From NCBI GenBank assembly GCA_964016885.1, contig OZ024749.1, positions 32,178,001-32,242,000 of the forward strand: a stretch of 64,000 nt of DNA, read 5' to 3'. Below, one piece after another: positions 26,642 to 41,504 of this stretch. Source of the DNA: Eledone cirrhosa. Its lineage: Eukaryota. The notes under the pieces were generated by a model. That model saw only the letters and a program-made list of their open reading frames with translations, was not told where the DNA came from and searched no databases. The translations under genes and the position numbers were made by a program. The first letter of the stretch is position 1. Every line of letters begins with the position of its first letter.

Positions 26642-28397
26642 TAAAATGTTATTTGTCTCTAATACTTAGACATCTCAATGAATGGATAGAATATACAGAT
26701 AAAGTATTACTCAGAGAAGCAATTTAACATATTAAACTTATGCCAAAATCTCAATTTAGGAGAGTAACAGTCAGACCGATTAAAATAAGTTAGTCTAGCT
26801 CATACAATCATCTCCCTACCATGGTTTCAAGAACAAAAGAAGCAATATAGATTATTTTAAATCATTGGAACAATCAATATTAGAAGAACATTATCCTTTC
26901 ATCAGGGGAGAAATACTTTGGAACAAGAGGAGATATTGATCATAAAGTATACAAAATATTTTGTTGCCGAAACCAAGGGGTTGGCTTATATTTGACTATA
27001 TATGGTAATTCTTTTGATACCAACCCCATCCCCAAAACCACATCTGGTTCTATCAAACAAAACAACCCTTGTTAAAAGGTTCCTATTTAAATTAAAATCT
27101 ATCATAATTTGACATAAGAAGCTTTTGATTAATTATATTACAAATGCCATCTTAATGAAATAATTATTTTAGTAAATCCTTCCAAATTCTTCATTAATTC
27201 ATTAATGTACAGGGTATTCCATTATAAGTATGGTAATGAAAAGGACTATAACAATTAGCAGAGTATTTTATTATAAATATAATAACTGTTTCTGATTTAG
27301 TCACAAGGCCAGCAAGTTGAAGGGGTGGGGGAAAGTCGATTAAATTGACCCCAGTGCATTACTGCTACTTTGTTTTATTGACTCCATAAGGATGAAAGGT
27401 AAAGCTAACCTCTGCAGGATTTGAAATCAGAACATAAAGTGTTGTAACTCTATGCTGTGAAGCATGGTGTCTGGAGCTTTACCAATACTGCCAATCCACA
27501 GCCCTAAAATACCATCTTAATAATGATACAATTTATAATTTTAGTAAAACCCCCCAAATTCTTCATTAAACTTTTTGATACCTAACTTCCTGAAATCCCC
27601 CATCATTCTATGATACAAAACCCGTCATTTTAAAGTATTTATATGTATCTAAAAGGCTTCCATCATAATTTCCGCTAAGAACCTTTGTTATATTGTGTTC
27701 CAAACACCAACTTAATAATATCAAAGTTAGTTATTTTAATTAATCCCTTTAAATGCTTGGAAATAATAAAATAATTAAATAATTAAAAAAATATTTTAAA
27801 TGCATTGGAAGTTCCTTTCATTAGAAATATGGTAATGAAGGGGTTAATTATTCAATATAAAATGCACCAGAGGGGATAATTAATTCATATACAGTATATT
27901 TCCTTAGAAATATACTCAGGAAAGAATTACTTAAATCACAGTTTGGTTTTAAGGTTCCATCTGTCAGTAGTTTCAAAGATGGATGTAGTGAAATTTCAAC
28001 CATTCAGAGCAAGGGTGTGCTGTTACTATTACTACAATGGCAATGTGTGGAGGAAAGTGATGGTTGTGACTGAGGCTCGCAATCCTTAATCATGAGACAA
28101 CCGCTCTAGTGCTGACGCTATGATAAAACTACACCCTGTCCAATCTGTAAAGTGATAGAGATGATGGTGCCACGAAAAGAAAGCACTCAATATATGATCT
28201 ATGGTGGTTGTTTAGGAGAGGCATCTATTGTAGAACATTGGAGCAAAGCATGGTAACCTGACATGACTAGCCTTAGAATGTGACAACACATCCAACACAT
28301 GCTAACATAGAGATCCAGCATAGAGAGCTGGAGAGTAGATTTAAATATATTGATATATATATATATATATATATTGATATATATATATATATATCCA

Positions 28398-29061
28398 TAA
28401 AAAATTAGAAATAAGAGGGATCAGATGTTGTTTACTCGAGAGAAGGCTACGTTGGTATGGACACGTGATGCGCATGAAAGTCGATAGCTGTATAACAAAG
28501 TGCAGGGCAATAAAGATAGACGGTAGCCACGGAATAGGCAGACCTAGAAAAACCTGGGACGAGCTGATAAACTCCGACCTCACACACTTACACCTCTCCA
28601 AGACAATGTCACTGGACCGAGACCTTTGGCGGTACTCAGTAACAGAGAAGACCCGCCTTACCTAAATATATAGTAAAACCTACTACAGCCAGTAGGCATC
28701 TCTAACAAAATACACCCCGTTCCACCACCACCACCCCATCCACACCACCCCGTTCTATGTAAAGTTATGTTGGTGCAGCACCATCCAGGCCGAAACAAAT
28801 GAGATCGTGTAGGTGTCACGACAAAAAAACACACAGTCCACGCTGTAATGTGGCCGTGTAGGCAACACGGTAAAAACCTCCCAGACCCACACTGTAAATG
28901 TGGTTGGTGTTAGGAAGGGCATCCAACTGTAGAAAACCTGCCAGACAGTCCTATGCGAGCAAGACAATCACTCTTGCCTCAAGTGGGAATACCCCCGTCC
29001 AAACCCATGCAAGCGTGGAACACGGACGTTAAACGTTGATGATGATGATGATGATGATGAT
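28398..29061 (+). mobile_element. RTE family B, 3' fragment
   Basis: Near-identical to 17512-18166. Confidence 0.93.
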
Positions 29062-29111
29062 CCAAGCATGGAAAAGCAGATGTAAAAACGATAAAGATGA
29101 TAATGATATAT

Positions 29112-30213
29112 AAGCCTCTCCTGGTCTTGGTGTTACGTACCTGCTTCTCAAACGCAGTACCCACCTGACGGAGTTACTCCAGAGCAGTGGAAAACTGCCA
29201 GTGTCATTCCTCTGTTCAAAAAGGGTGACCGCATATCACCTGTCAACTATCGTCCAGTCAGTCTTACTAGCTGCATTGCCAAACTGATGGAATCCTGTGT
29301 CAGAGAAACACGTTGGAACTTCTGGAACTCTCACAGTCTTATCCGGCCCTCACAATTTGGATTTATCCCTAAATCCAGCTGCTGTGATCAACTTATTGAG
29401 TTTCTTGAAGACATCACTCGGATCACTGATGGTCGCTCATGGGTGGATGTTGTTTACCTTGATTTTGCTAAAGCTTTCAATTCTGTACCACACAAAAGAC
29501 TTATGGCAAAACTCTCTGCAATGGGTGTGAAGGATGATCTTTTTAACTGGTTGAAGTCCTTCATTCTCAGTCAAAGAGAGGTGGTCACGGTTCTAGGACA
29601 GCATTCTTCACTGAATGAGATGTCATCTGGTGTACCACAGGGATCTGTTCTTGACCCCCTATTGTTTGTGGCATATATTAATGACATGGATGCCACCTTA
29701 AAGAATGCCACAGTACTGAAATATGCAGATGACATCAAGCTGTACTTTGAGATAAAAAGGTCAGATCCTGAACACTATGGATCTTTCCTGCAAGCTGACC
29801 TGGACAAACACCCACAAAATAATTAACCATCTTGCCAACAGCAACCCTGAGCACCTTTTTGATTTCTATTTCTTATAAAACACAAGGGCATGCCAACAAA
29901 GTCAGAAAACAGCACAGCTCCCATAACTTGTGGAAACATTTTTTCACGCTCAGAGTTGCTGAAACATGGAACAAACTACCTGCATCAGTTGTTAGCTGTC
30001 GATACACTGCATCCTTTAAAACTTCCATGCTTCCTGAGATTTGCCAACACTATACCTAATATCCCCCTTCCATACACACGCACACATGTATTTCATGACT
30101 CGTACATTGCTCATTTTCCTGACATTTGTACATTATTCGATGTACTATACATGCACCTTTGATGAGTTGTAGTACACCTGAGCACTGTACACAATAATTT
30201 CATTATCATTATC
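29112..30213 (+). mobile_element. CR1-clade LINE RT fragment with an internal deletion and 3' end
   Basis: IPLFKKGD...NYRPVSLTS, QFGF, YLDFAKAFNSVPH, SGVPQGSVLDP, YADDIK, then the C-terminal FFTLRVAETWNKLP; (ATTATC)n-like tail. Confidence 0.9.
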
Positions 30214-30225
30214 AAATATATGATT

Positions 30226-30277
<52 letters not shown>

Positions 30278-30390
30278 GTAATAATAATAACTGTGAAGAC
30301 TAAAATTCGAAGAGGGCTCAATAAGGATAATATATATATAAAAACCATAAAGCAAATATTTATTAAAACTTTAATCTGTTGTTTTAATAT

Positions 30391-32516
30391 ATCATCATCA
30401 TCATCATCATCAACGTTTAACGTCCGTGTTCCACGCTTGCATGGGTTTGGACGGGGGTAGTCCCACTTGAGGCAAGAGTGATTGTCTTGCTCGCATAGGA
30501 CTGTCTGGCAGGTTTTCTACAGTTGGATGCCCTTCCTAACACCAACCACATTTACAGTGTGGGTCTGGGAGGTTTTTACCGTGTTGCCTACACGGCCACA
30601 TTACAGCGTGGACTGTGTGTTTTTTTGTCGTGACACCTACACGATCTCATTTGTTTCGGCCTGGATGGCGCGGCACCAACATAACTTTACATAGAACGGG
30701 GTGGTGTGGATGGGGTGGGGGTGGTGGGGGTGGGACGGGGTGTATTTTGTTAGAGATGCCTACTGGCTGGAGTAGGTTTTACTATATATTTAGGTAAGGC
30801 AGGTCTTCTCTGTTACTGAGTACCGGCAAAGGTCTCGGTCCAGTGACATTGTCTTGGAGAGGTGTAAGTGTGTGAGGTCGGAGTTTATCAGCTCGTCCCA
30901 GGTTTTTCTAGGTCTGCCTATTCCGTGGCTACCGTCTATCTTTATTGCCCTGCACTTTGTTATACAGCTATCGACTTTCATGCGCATCACGTGTCCATAC
31001 CAACGTAGCCTTCTCTCGAGTAAACAACATCTGATCCCTCTTATCTCTAATCTTTTCCTTAGTTTGTTTATGCTTTGCCGTTCACGTATATTACTGGTAC
31101 ACATCCAGCGGAGCATGCAAGCTTCGTTCTTCTCTAGTCTGCGTATATCCTCTGCACACAATGCCCAGGTCTCCCTGCCATGCAACATTGCTGTTCGTAT
31201 GCAGGCATCGTACAACCTGCCTTTCATTTTTAGGGAGAACCCTTTAGCAGCTAATAGTGGTATAAGCTCTCTGAACTTTTTCCAACCAGTTCTGACTCTA
31301 GCTACAGTACTTTCAGAGCACCCTCCCCCACTGCTGATTTTATTGCCCAGGTAACGGAAGCTGTCCACTATTTCTATAGAACCCTCTGCGCAATTTAAAG
31401 AGCTAGTATTTTGTGGGCACTTGCTGCTACTTATTGCACCAGAACACCGGCCACATGTAAAATCTATGTTCTTAGTTAGCTTACCTGTGATCCCACTACA
31501 TCTTTTATGCACCCATACTTTGCATTTAGGACATAAAATGGAGTTTCTACCTACGCCTTTCCTACACACCGAGCACGATCATTTCCCAGAAGGGACCGCC
31601 GCCTTGTTTTCTTTCCTACAAACTAGAACTTTAGTCTTAGCCAGGTTAATTTTAAGTCCTTTTGACTCTAGGCCGTGCTTCCATGTTTGGAATTTCTTCT
31701 CTAGCTCGGCCATTGATTCCGCTATGAGTGTCAGGTCGTCTGCGTATAGGAGTTCCCATGGGCAGCCGGTCTTGAACTCCTCTGTTATAGCCTGAAGGGC
31801 AATAATAAATAGTAGGGGGCTGAGAACAGAGCCCTGATGGACGCCAACTTTTACGCTAAACTCTTCACTATATTCGTTGTTAATTCTAACCTTGCTGACT
31901 GTTTCTTTATACATGGCTTGTATAGCCCTCACAAGCCATTCGTCAACGCCTAGTTTTCTAAGAGCCCACCAGATAATGAGCGGGGGACTCTGTCGAAGGC
32001 TTTCTCCAAGTCGACAAAAGCTAAGTAGAGGGGTTTACCTTTAGCTAGGTACTTCTCCTGTAGTTGTCGTACTATGAAAAGAGCATCTGTGGTACTTTTG
32101 CCTGACACAAACCCGAACTGCATTTCATCTAGGTCAATTCTCTCTCTGATTAGTTGCGCTATTACTTTTTCCGTGACTTACATGACCTGGTCGATTAATT
32201 TAATGCCTCTATAGTTGCTCCTATCTAGGGCGTCTCCTTTACCCTTATAACAGTTAACGATGATGCTGCTATGCCAGTCCTTCAGAACAACCCCATTCTG
32301 TACGACTTGGTTAACTATGCGGGTGACCATGGTGTGTCCCACCGTGCCAGATGCCTTCAGCATCTCAGCAACTATTTCCGAAGGCCCAGCCGCCTTACTC
32401 GTCTTCATATCCTTGATTGCCTTACTTATTATACTCCCCTCGACTAACACTGCTGGTCCCTCTATTGGGTCGATATGGGGGAGACTGTCTTTCTCCCATT
32501 TATTCTCCTCATTTAA
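30391..32516 (-). mobile_element. RTE family B, 5'-truncated, most of the RT domain (a few stops/frameshifts)
   Basis: KAAGPSEIVAEMLK, YKGKGDALDRSNYRGIKL, GVHQGSVLSPLLF, YADD, PHD-like finger, 3'UTR, (CAT)n on the + strand. Confidence 0.96.
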
Positions 32517-32626
32517 TATATATATATATACTCTTTTACCTGTTCCAGCCATCCAGCTGAGGCTATATATATTACCCAGTATGAAAATAGCTCAATGTAG
32601 TATAACAAGTATACTATAGAGCCGAA

Positions 32627-32866
<240 letters not shown>

Positions 32867-32984
32867 ATAAATGACAATCAAAGAGTATTTTAAACATTTA
32901 ATCACTTACAATCGTTTCAACTTTGATTTCTTTATGTGTGTTTATATATATATATATACACACATATATATATATATGTATATG

Positions 32985-33070
<86 letters not shown>

Positions 33071-33077
33071 CACATAT

Positions 33078-33151
<74 letters not shown>

Positions 33152-33152
33152 C

Positions 33153-33197
<45 letters not shown>

Positions 33198-33240
33198 CAT
33201 ATACATATATATATATATATATATATACACATACATATAC

Positions 33241-33275
<35 letters not shown>

Positions 33276-33567
33276 CACACACACATAAAGAAATCAAAGT
33301 TTGAAAGCCACTGCAGAATGGTTGGATAAACAAATACATCAGATCAAACAAGATGTTGTCTTTTTTACCTTGATTTATTTTTATATAAATCAAGGTAAAA
33401 AACACATAACATCTTTTTTAATCCAAGTTGTTTGTTTAGCAGTCCATTCTGCATTGTCGTGGCTTTCAAATACCGATTCCGTTATACCATATACAATGCT
33501 TCAAATAAACTACAAATTCCTCCTATATATATATATATGTATGTGTGTGTATATATATTATATATCA

Positions 33568-33909
33568 GGAGGCACATGGCTTAGTGGTTAGAGCATTGGC
33601 TTTGCAATCGAAAGGTTGTGAGTTCAATTCTTAGACCGGGTGATGTGTTGTTTCCTTGAGCAAGACACTTTATTTCACGTTGCTCCAGTTTACTCAGCTG
33701 TAGAAATGAGATGATAGGGACTGAGGTCCCTATCATTCCACTGTAAAGTGGTCGTGGAGGTGCCACGGCAAAAAAGCACCCAGCACTCACTGTAAATGAG
33801 GTTGGTGTTAGGAAGGGCATCCAGCTGTAGAAATCAAGCCAGAATCAGTTCCCGTCCCACCCTTGCAAGCAGGGAAAAGCGGACGTAAAATGATGATGAT
33901 GATGATGAT
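33568..33909 (+). mobile_element. tRNA/CORE-like SINE with RTE tail, full length
   Basis: GGAGGCACATGGCTTAGTGG ... GCGGACGTAAAA(TGA)n. Further copies: 39826-40168(+), 44325-44716(-), 49320-49621(-), 60308-60575(+, truncated). Confidence 0.92.
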
Positions 33910-34218
33910 ATATATATACATCATCATCACCATCATCGTTTAACGTCTATCTTCCATGGTAGCATGGGTTAGACAAGGAAATTGTCTATATATATATATA
34001 TAATAATTATATATATATATACACATATATATATATATATATATACATCATCATTATCATCATCGTTTAATGTCCACCTTCTATGCTAGCATGGGTTAGA
34101 CGAGGAAATTGTCCCACTAGAAGCAAGATTGATCGGGTGACCATGTCTTGCTCGTATAGGATTGTATCTGGCAGTATTTCTATGCCTGGATGCCCTTCCT
34201 AACACCAACCACTTTTAC

Positions 34219-34282
<64 letters not shown>

Positions 34283-34307
34283 CATCATATATATATATAT
34301 ATATATA

Positions 34308-34468
34308 TCATCATCATCATCATCATCATTTTACGTCCGCTTTTCCCTGCTTGCAAGGGTGGGACGGGTCTTATTCAGCACAGCATCTCTCCACTCGTCA
34401 CGGTCCTTCGTCATCTCCACCGTGAGCTTCAACAATCTGAGGTCTGTTCTCACCATATCTGCCCATGT
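34308..34468 (-). mobile_element. RTE family A extreme 3' end (also 34919-35013 on +; upstream part at 18557-18705)
   Basis: Encodes ...[29 protein letters not shown] followed directly by (TGA)n. Confidence 0.85.
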
Positions 34469-35009
34469 TTTATATATAAACTAATATCAGATTGGAGGCA
34501 GTAGAATCCAGTTAAACCATTACTCACCAGAGTACTCAATACTTGGGGTAGTAGAGTGGGTAATATGAAAAAATTCAGGACCCCGACGGCTGAGCTCTTG
34601 CCATTTCTACAGCTAGATTGGATCTAGCTGTTGAAATGGCCACAGCTCAGCCGTCGGGGTCCTGCTCTTTTTCATATATAAACTAATATATATATATATA
34701 TATATCTTCATTGTACGGTATATTTTTGCTGTTGTTTATCCATTTACTTTACACACACACACACACACACACTCACAGATACATGCGTGTGAGTGTATGT
34801 GTGTCTAAGGGAATGAAGAGAGCAATCAACATAATGGTGAAGTTAATTATATGAATTAACAATCAGTCAAACAATACATATATATATATATATATATAAG
34901 TGCTTGTGTATATACATACACGGTGGAGATGACGAAGGACCGTGACAAGTGGAGAGCTGGTGTGCTGCAGGGAGAAGCGGACGTAAAATGATGATGATGA
35001 TGATGATGA

Positions 35010-35073
<64 letters not shown>

Positions 35074-35356
35074 TTATATAAGTGTTTATGTATATATCTA
35101 CACACATATATATATATATATACGCAAATGTTTTTATGTAACACTGTGTGCGTGTGTATATATGTGTTGATGAGCTGATAAACTTGAAGGTGAATGTATA
35201 TGTCTGTCTGTCTGTGTGTATGAAGCTGTCTGTCTCTGTGTTTGTCTATGTTTTTTGTGTGTATGTGTGTCTATGTGTATGTGTATATGTCTGTGTGAGT
35301 GTCTGTTTGTCTATGAGTGTATGAAACTGTGTGTATATGTGCATGTGTTTGTGTAT

Positions 35357-37360
35357 CATCATCATCACCACTGTTTTACGTCCGTTCTTCCATGCTAGCA
35401 TGGGTTAGACGGGTTGTCCTGTTGTGGGCAGAGTCTGGTCGGCTGACCATGCCTTGCTCATACAGAAACTGATTTTGGCTTGATTTCTACAGCTGGATGC
35501 CTTTCCTAACACCAACTCATTTACAGTGAGTGCTGGGTGCTTTTTTCCATGGTGCCTACACATCCACTTTACAGTGTGGGTTGGGTGCTTTTTTGCCATG
35601 GCACCTCCACGACCACCTTGCAGTGGGAGGGTGTGGGTACATATTGTCTATATGCTTCAGCTTGTACCCATGGGAGGTCGGGTACTCTGTATTACTGCGT
35701 GACGCCAGAGGTCACGGTCGTGTGTCATCACCTTTAAGAGGTGTAATTGGGCATGGTCGGCTTTTATCACCTCATCCTAATCTTCTTCGGTCTCCCCACT
35801 CCGCGGTTTCCATTGACTTCTAGTGCTCTGCACCTTTTTATGCAGCTGTCATCCTTCATACGCATCACATGTCCATACCAGCACAACCGCCTCTCCTGCA
35901 CACAGCATTTGATTCCTCTTATGCTCAGTCTCTCTCTCAATTCATTTATGCTTTGCCGTTCGCGTATATTACTATTACACATCCATCGGAGCATGCAGGC
36001 TTCGTTTCTTTCTAATCTACGTAAGTCTTCCACCTTCAGCACCCAGGTTTCACTACCATGTAACATTGCTGTTCGGAAACACGCATCATACAGTCTGCCT
36101 TTCATTTTGAGGGAGAAGCCTTTTGCAGCTAGCAGTGGCAGTAGTTCCCTGAACTTCTTCCATCCGTTCTTACCCTAGTTATTGTACTTTCTGAACACCC
36201 ACCTCCGCTGCTAATTCAGTCACCTAGGTAGCAGAAGCTGTCTACTGTTTCTACAGAGCCCTCCCAGAGATTGGTGGTACTTGTTTCCTGTGGCTGTTTG
36301 CTGCTTGCTGTCTCAGCATAGCTGCTACATGTGAAGCCTACATTCTTAATTAAGCTTCCTACATCTCTTGTGTACCCATTGTTTGCATTTGGGGCAGAGA
36401 ATGGAGTTCCTACCTACACCTTTCCTACATACTGAGCAAGGCCATTTCCCTGTGGGGATCTGGGTTCTGTTTTATCGTCTACTTACAAGGACCTTAGTCT
36501 TTGTCATGTTGACTTTGAGACCCTTTCTTTCTAGTCCCTGCTTCCAAGTTTGGAATTTCTTCTCTAGTTCTACCATAGATTCAGCTATAAGTGCGAGGTC
36601 ATCTGCATACAGGAGTTCCCATGGGCATCCAGTCTTAAACTCCTCCGTTATTGCCTGCAGGACTATGATGAACAGGAGAGGGGTAAGAACAGAGCCCTGG
36701 TGGACACCAACCTGTACGCTAAATTCCTCGCTATACTCATTGCTAATCCTAACTTTGCTTGTACAGCTTTCACAAGCCATTCATCTACTCCTAGTTTTCT
36801 AAGAGCCCACCAGATTATAGCACGTGGAACTCTGTCAAAGGCTTTCTTGAGATCGACGAATGCCAGGTAGAGTGGCTTACTTTTAGCTAGGTACTTTTCC
36901 TGTAACTGCCTCACAAGGAAGAGGGCATCAGTGGTGCCTCTTCCTGGTACAAACCCAAATTGCATCTCATCTAGTTTCATCCGGTCCCTAATCAACTGTG
37001 CTATAACTATTTCTGTTACTTTTAAGACCTGGTCCATCAGCTTTATACCTCTATAGTTTCCTCTATCTAGTGCATCACCTTTACCTTTGTAGCAGTTGAC
37101 AATGATGCTGCTGCACCAATCTTTTGGTATGACACCTTCTAGTATTACCTGGTTTACAATATGTGTGGTTATAGTGTGACCTACAGAGCCAGATGCCTTC
37201 AGCATCTCGGCAGCTATACCCGATGGACCGGTTGCCTTCCCCATCTTCATATCTTTGATTGCCTTACTTACTACGCTGCTGCTGACTTGTACTGCTGGCC
37301 TCTCTATAGGGTCTACTTGACGTAGGGTCTCTTCTTCCCATGCATTCTCCTCATTTAGTA
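35357..37360 (-). mobile_element. RTE LINE family C, 5'-truncated and degenerate
   Basis: KATGPSGIAAEMLK, QFGFVPGRGTTDA, FVDLKKAFDRVPR, GVHQGSVLTP, YADD, LHGSETW; 3'UTR distinct from family B. Confidence 0.95.
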
Positions 37361-37427
37361 ATATATAAATATATATATATTTATATACACAAACACATGC
37401 ACATATACACACAGTTTCATACAGGTT

Positions 37428-37471
<44 letters not shown>

Positions 37472-38036
37472 AAGGACCTGATAAACTCCAAGGTGTGTAT
37501 TGACCACTGGTCAGCCATAAATGTTACTTGTATCATGTCCAGTGCAACCAACCAGATTTTGTTTTATGTTATTTTTATATATCTATATATTGCATTTATT
37601 CTATTTTTTATATATTTATATATTATTGTATTTATTTCATTTATTTATTTATTTATTTATTTATATATTATTGTATTTATGTTATTTTTTTATATATTTA
37701 TGTTATTTTTTATATATTTATATATTATTGTATTTATTTCATTTATTTATTTATTTATTTATATATTATTGTATTTATGTTATTTTTTTATATATTTATG
37801 TTATTTTTTATATATTTATATATTATTGTATTTATTTCATTTATTTATTTATATATTATTGTATTTATGTTATTTTTTTATATATATTATTGTATTTATT
37901 TTATTTATTTATTTTTTAATTAATTAATGTATTTATTTACTTAATTTTGTAATCTGTTGTTGAAAGGACAGTGTTATGGCACACAAATATTTATTTACCT
38001 GAGAGAATCAACAGGTGTTATGTTGAAATGTTGCCT

Positions 38037-38076
<40 letters not shown>

Positions 38077-38420
38077 TCACTCTCACTCTGTCTCTCTTTC
38101 TCTTTCTTCCCTCTCTCTCTCTCACTTTCTCTCTCTCTCTACACACACACACATATATACACACACTCACTAACACAAACACACACACAGGCAACTTTAT
38201 CATTATCTCACATTGGACAGGTTAATTATTCAGTCTTCTTCTTATCGTTTCCAAATTAATGTAGTAATGCAATAATATTTATGTGGTAGCCTTGCTTGTT
38301 TTTGATTGCTTTCTTTTGTTGATAACGACTAGTGAAAAATGAACGATTTGGTGGGAGGAAAATGACCAGTTTTAGTAGCAGAAACAACATAGAATTACTA
38401 TGTCAAACAAGTTAAACATA

Positions 38421-38866
38421 GAAATACCTGGTGTGTAGAGGAGAGGAGAGGATCTACAGAACAAAGATCAAACTGTTTGTTTGCATTGTTGCTTAAAGCT
38501 TAAGTGCTACTGCCTGTAAAAGTATATGAAGATATATATTAATATATATATATAAATATATTAATGTGTATATATGTTGATATATAAGTGTCAATATATA
38601 TATATATATGTGTGTGTGTATTAATATATATATAAATATATTAATGTGTATATATGTTGATATATAAGTGTCAATATATATATATATGTGTGTGTGTATT
38701 AATATATATATAAATATATTAATGTGTATATATGTTGATATATAAGTGTCAATATATATATATATATATGTGTGTGTGTATTAATATATATATTAATATA
38801 TATATAAATATATTAATGTGTATATATGTTGATATATAAGTGTCAATATATATATATATATGTGTG

Positions 38867-38901
<35 letters not shown>

Positions 38902-39333
38902 TAATAATATATATATGAATCGTGAAGACGTGTGGCTGAGTGGTTTGAGAATTGGATTCACAATCTTGAGGTTGTGAGTTCGATTCCTGGGATGGGTGAT
39001 GCGTTATGTCCTTGAGCAAGAAATACCTGGTGTGTAGAGGAGAGGAGAGGATCTACAGAACAAAGATCAAACTGTTTGTTTGCATTGTTGCTTAAAGCTT
39101 AAGTGCTACTGCCTGTAAAAGTATATGAAGATATATATTAATATATATATAAATATATTAATGTGTATATATGTTGATATATAAGTGTCAATATATATAT
39201 ATGTGTGTGTGTGTATATAAATATATTAATGTGTATATATGTTGATATATAAGTGTCAATCATCATCATCATCATCATCATTTTACGTCCGCTTTTCCCT
39301 GCTTGCAAGGGTGGGACAATATATATATATATA

Positions 39334-39397
<64 letters not shown>

Positions 39398-39458
39398 AAA
39401 GTATATGAAGATATATATAAATATATTAATGTGTATATATGTTGATATATAAGTGTCA

Positions 39459-39527
<69 letters not shown>

Positions 39528-39640
39528 AATAATATATATATGAATCGTGAAGACGTGTGGCTGAGTGATTTGAGAATTGGATTCACAATCTTGAAGTTGT
39601 GAGTTCGATTCCTGGGCCGGGCGATGCGTTATGTCCTTGA
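38421..39640. repeat. Local direct duplication (38421-39015 vs 39021-39640) with internal AT-rich repeats and SINE heads
   Basis: GAAATACCTGGTGTGTAGAGGAGAGG... occurs at 38421 and 39020; the SINE head GAAGACGTGTGGCTGAGTG occurs at ~38924 and ~39549. Confidence 0.85.
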
Positions 39641-40166
39641 CACTTTATTTCACGTTGCTCCTTCTACCTGGAGTTGCGACCGATAGATAGTACTAGCAAC
39701 TGGAAAGACCGATGGAAACATTGTTTCCTCGGTCCAATTTGACAAAAGTCGATCGATCCTTATATTTGTATATATATATATATGCATATATATGGATATA
39801 TGCATATATATATATATATATATATGGAGGCACATGGCTTAGTGGTTAGAGCATTGGCCTTGCAATCAAAAGGTTGTGAGTTCAATTCTCAGACCGGGTG
39901 ATGTGTTGTTTCCTTGAGCAAGACACTTTATTTCACATTGCTCCAGTTTACTCAGCTGTAGAAACGAGATGATAGGACTGGGATCCCTATCATTCCACTG
40001 CAAAGTGGTCGTGGAGGTGCCACGACAAAAAAGCACCCAGCACTCACTGTAAATGAGGTTGGTGTTAGGAAGGACATCCAGCTGTAGAAATCAAGCCAAA
40101 ATCAGTTCCCGTCCCACCCTTGCAAGCAGGGAAAAGCGGACGTAAAATGAAATGATGATGATGATG

Positions 40167-40209
<43 letters not shown>

Positions 40210-40437
40210 TGTATGTAGGTATATATATGTATATATGTATATATATATATTGTATGATGAGTAATATATATTTTCATCATCCTCATTTAGTGCATCTGCA
40301 CTAATGCAGTGCACAATTTCAGTGTACAAAGCACACATTACAAACTGGTAATTGAATGGAGATAATATAGAATAGTGAGGACACTTTGGTGTTTCTTGGA
40401 AACATAACTATCTCTTTAGTGTTATTAAATACACATT

Positions 40438-40697
40438 TAAATACACCCAGTACACTCTGTAAAATACACCCAGTACACTCTGTAAAATACACCCAGTACG
40501 TTCTGTAAAATAGACCCAGTACACTCTGTAAAATACACCCAGTACACTCTGTAAAATAGACCCAGTACACTCTGTAAAATACACCCAGTACACTCTATAA
40601 TACAACCAGTACAATCTGTAAAATAGACCCTGTACACTCTGTAAAATACAACCAGTACACTCTGTAAAATAGACCCAGTACATTCTGTAAAATACAC
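40438..40697. repeat. 23-bp minisatellite, ~11 copies
   Basis: AAAATACACCCAGTACACTCTGT repeated. Confidence 0.95.
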
Positions 40698-40911
40698 ACA
40701 TACTCATCACATATACATACCACACACACAAACATACACACCACAGGCATCACACCTACACACACACACCACACACACCCCACACACACACACATATGCA
40801 CATACACTTTAACACAGCATGCATACACACACACGAACATCGCTGTTTGTCCATTCTCTTGTTACTTCAATTTTGGATTACCTCCTTGATTGTAACCTTA
40901 TTATGTAAGAA

Positions 40912-40987
40912 GCTGTCTGATGAGATTATGGCACTGGGTACTACGCAGTCACCTGGCCACTGTCACCATCGAAATATGTATCACAGC
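40912..40987 (+). ncRNA. Type-I hammerhead motif with enlarged stem II
   Basis: GCUGU-CUGAUGA-GAU...CCAUC-GAAA-UAUGUA-UC/ACAGC; flanks homologous to 24475-24620. Confidence 0.78.
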
Positions 40988-41504
40988 CTTATCAATAAAG
41001 GACTTTAACATCTAAACTATTTTGTATTTCCTTATTCTAAATATATATATAATAGTTTCTACTATTGGCACAAGGCCAGCAAATTACCCAGTACATTACT
41101 GGTACTTTATTTTATCGACCCCGTAAGGATGAAAGGCAAAGTTAACCTCGGCGGGATTTGCACTCAGAATGGCAAGGGCCGTAACTCTATGTGTCAAAGC
41201 ATGGTGTCCGACCCTCTACCGATACTGCCAATTCATATATAATGTGGTCGTGTAGGTAACACGGTAAAAAATTCCCATTTTCACACTGTAAATGTGGTTG
41301 GTGTTAGGAAGGGCATCCAGCCATAGAAAACCTGCCAGACACGGTCACCCGACCAACCTTGACTCAAGTGGCACAACTCCTGTCTAACCCATGCTAGCGT
41401 GGAAGATGGACGTTAAACGATGATGATGATGATGATGATGATGATGATATATATAATGAAATTCATTAAAGTAATATTTCCTTCTTAACCTTTACATCAT
41501 AAGA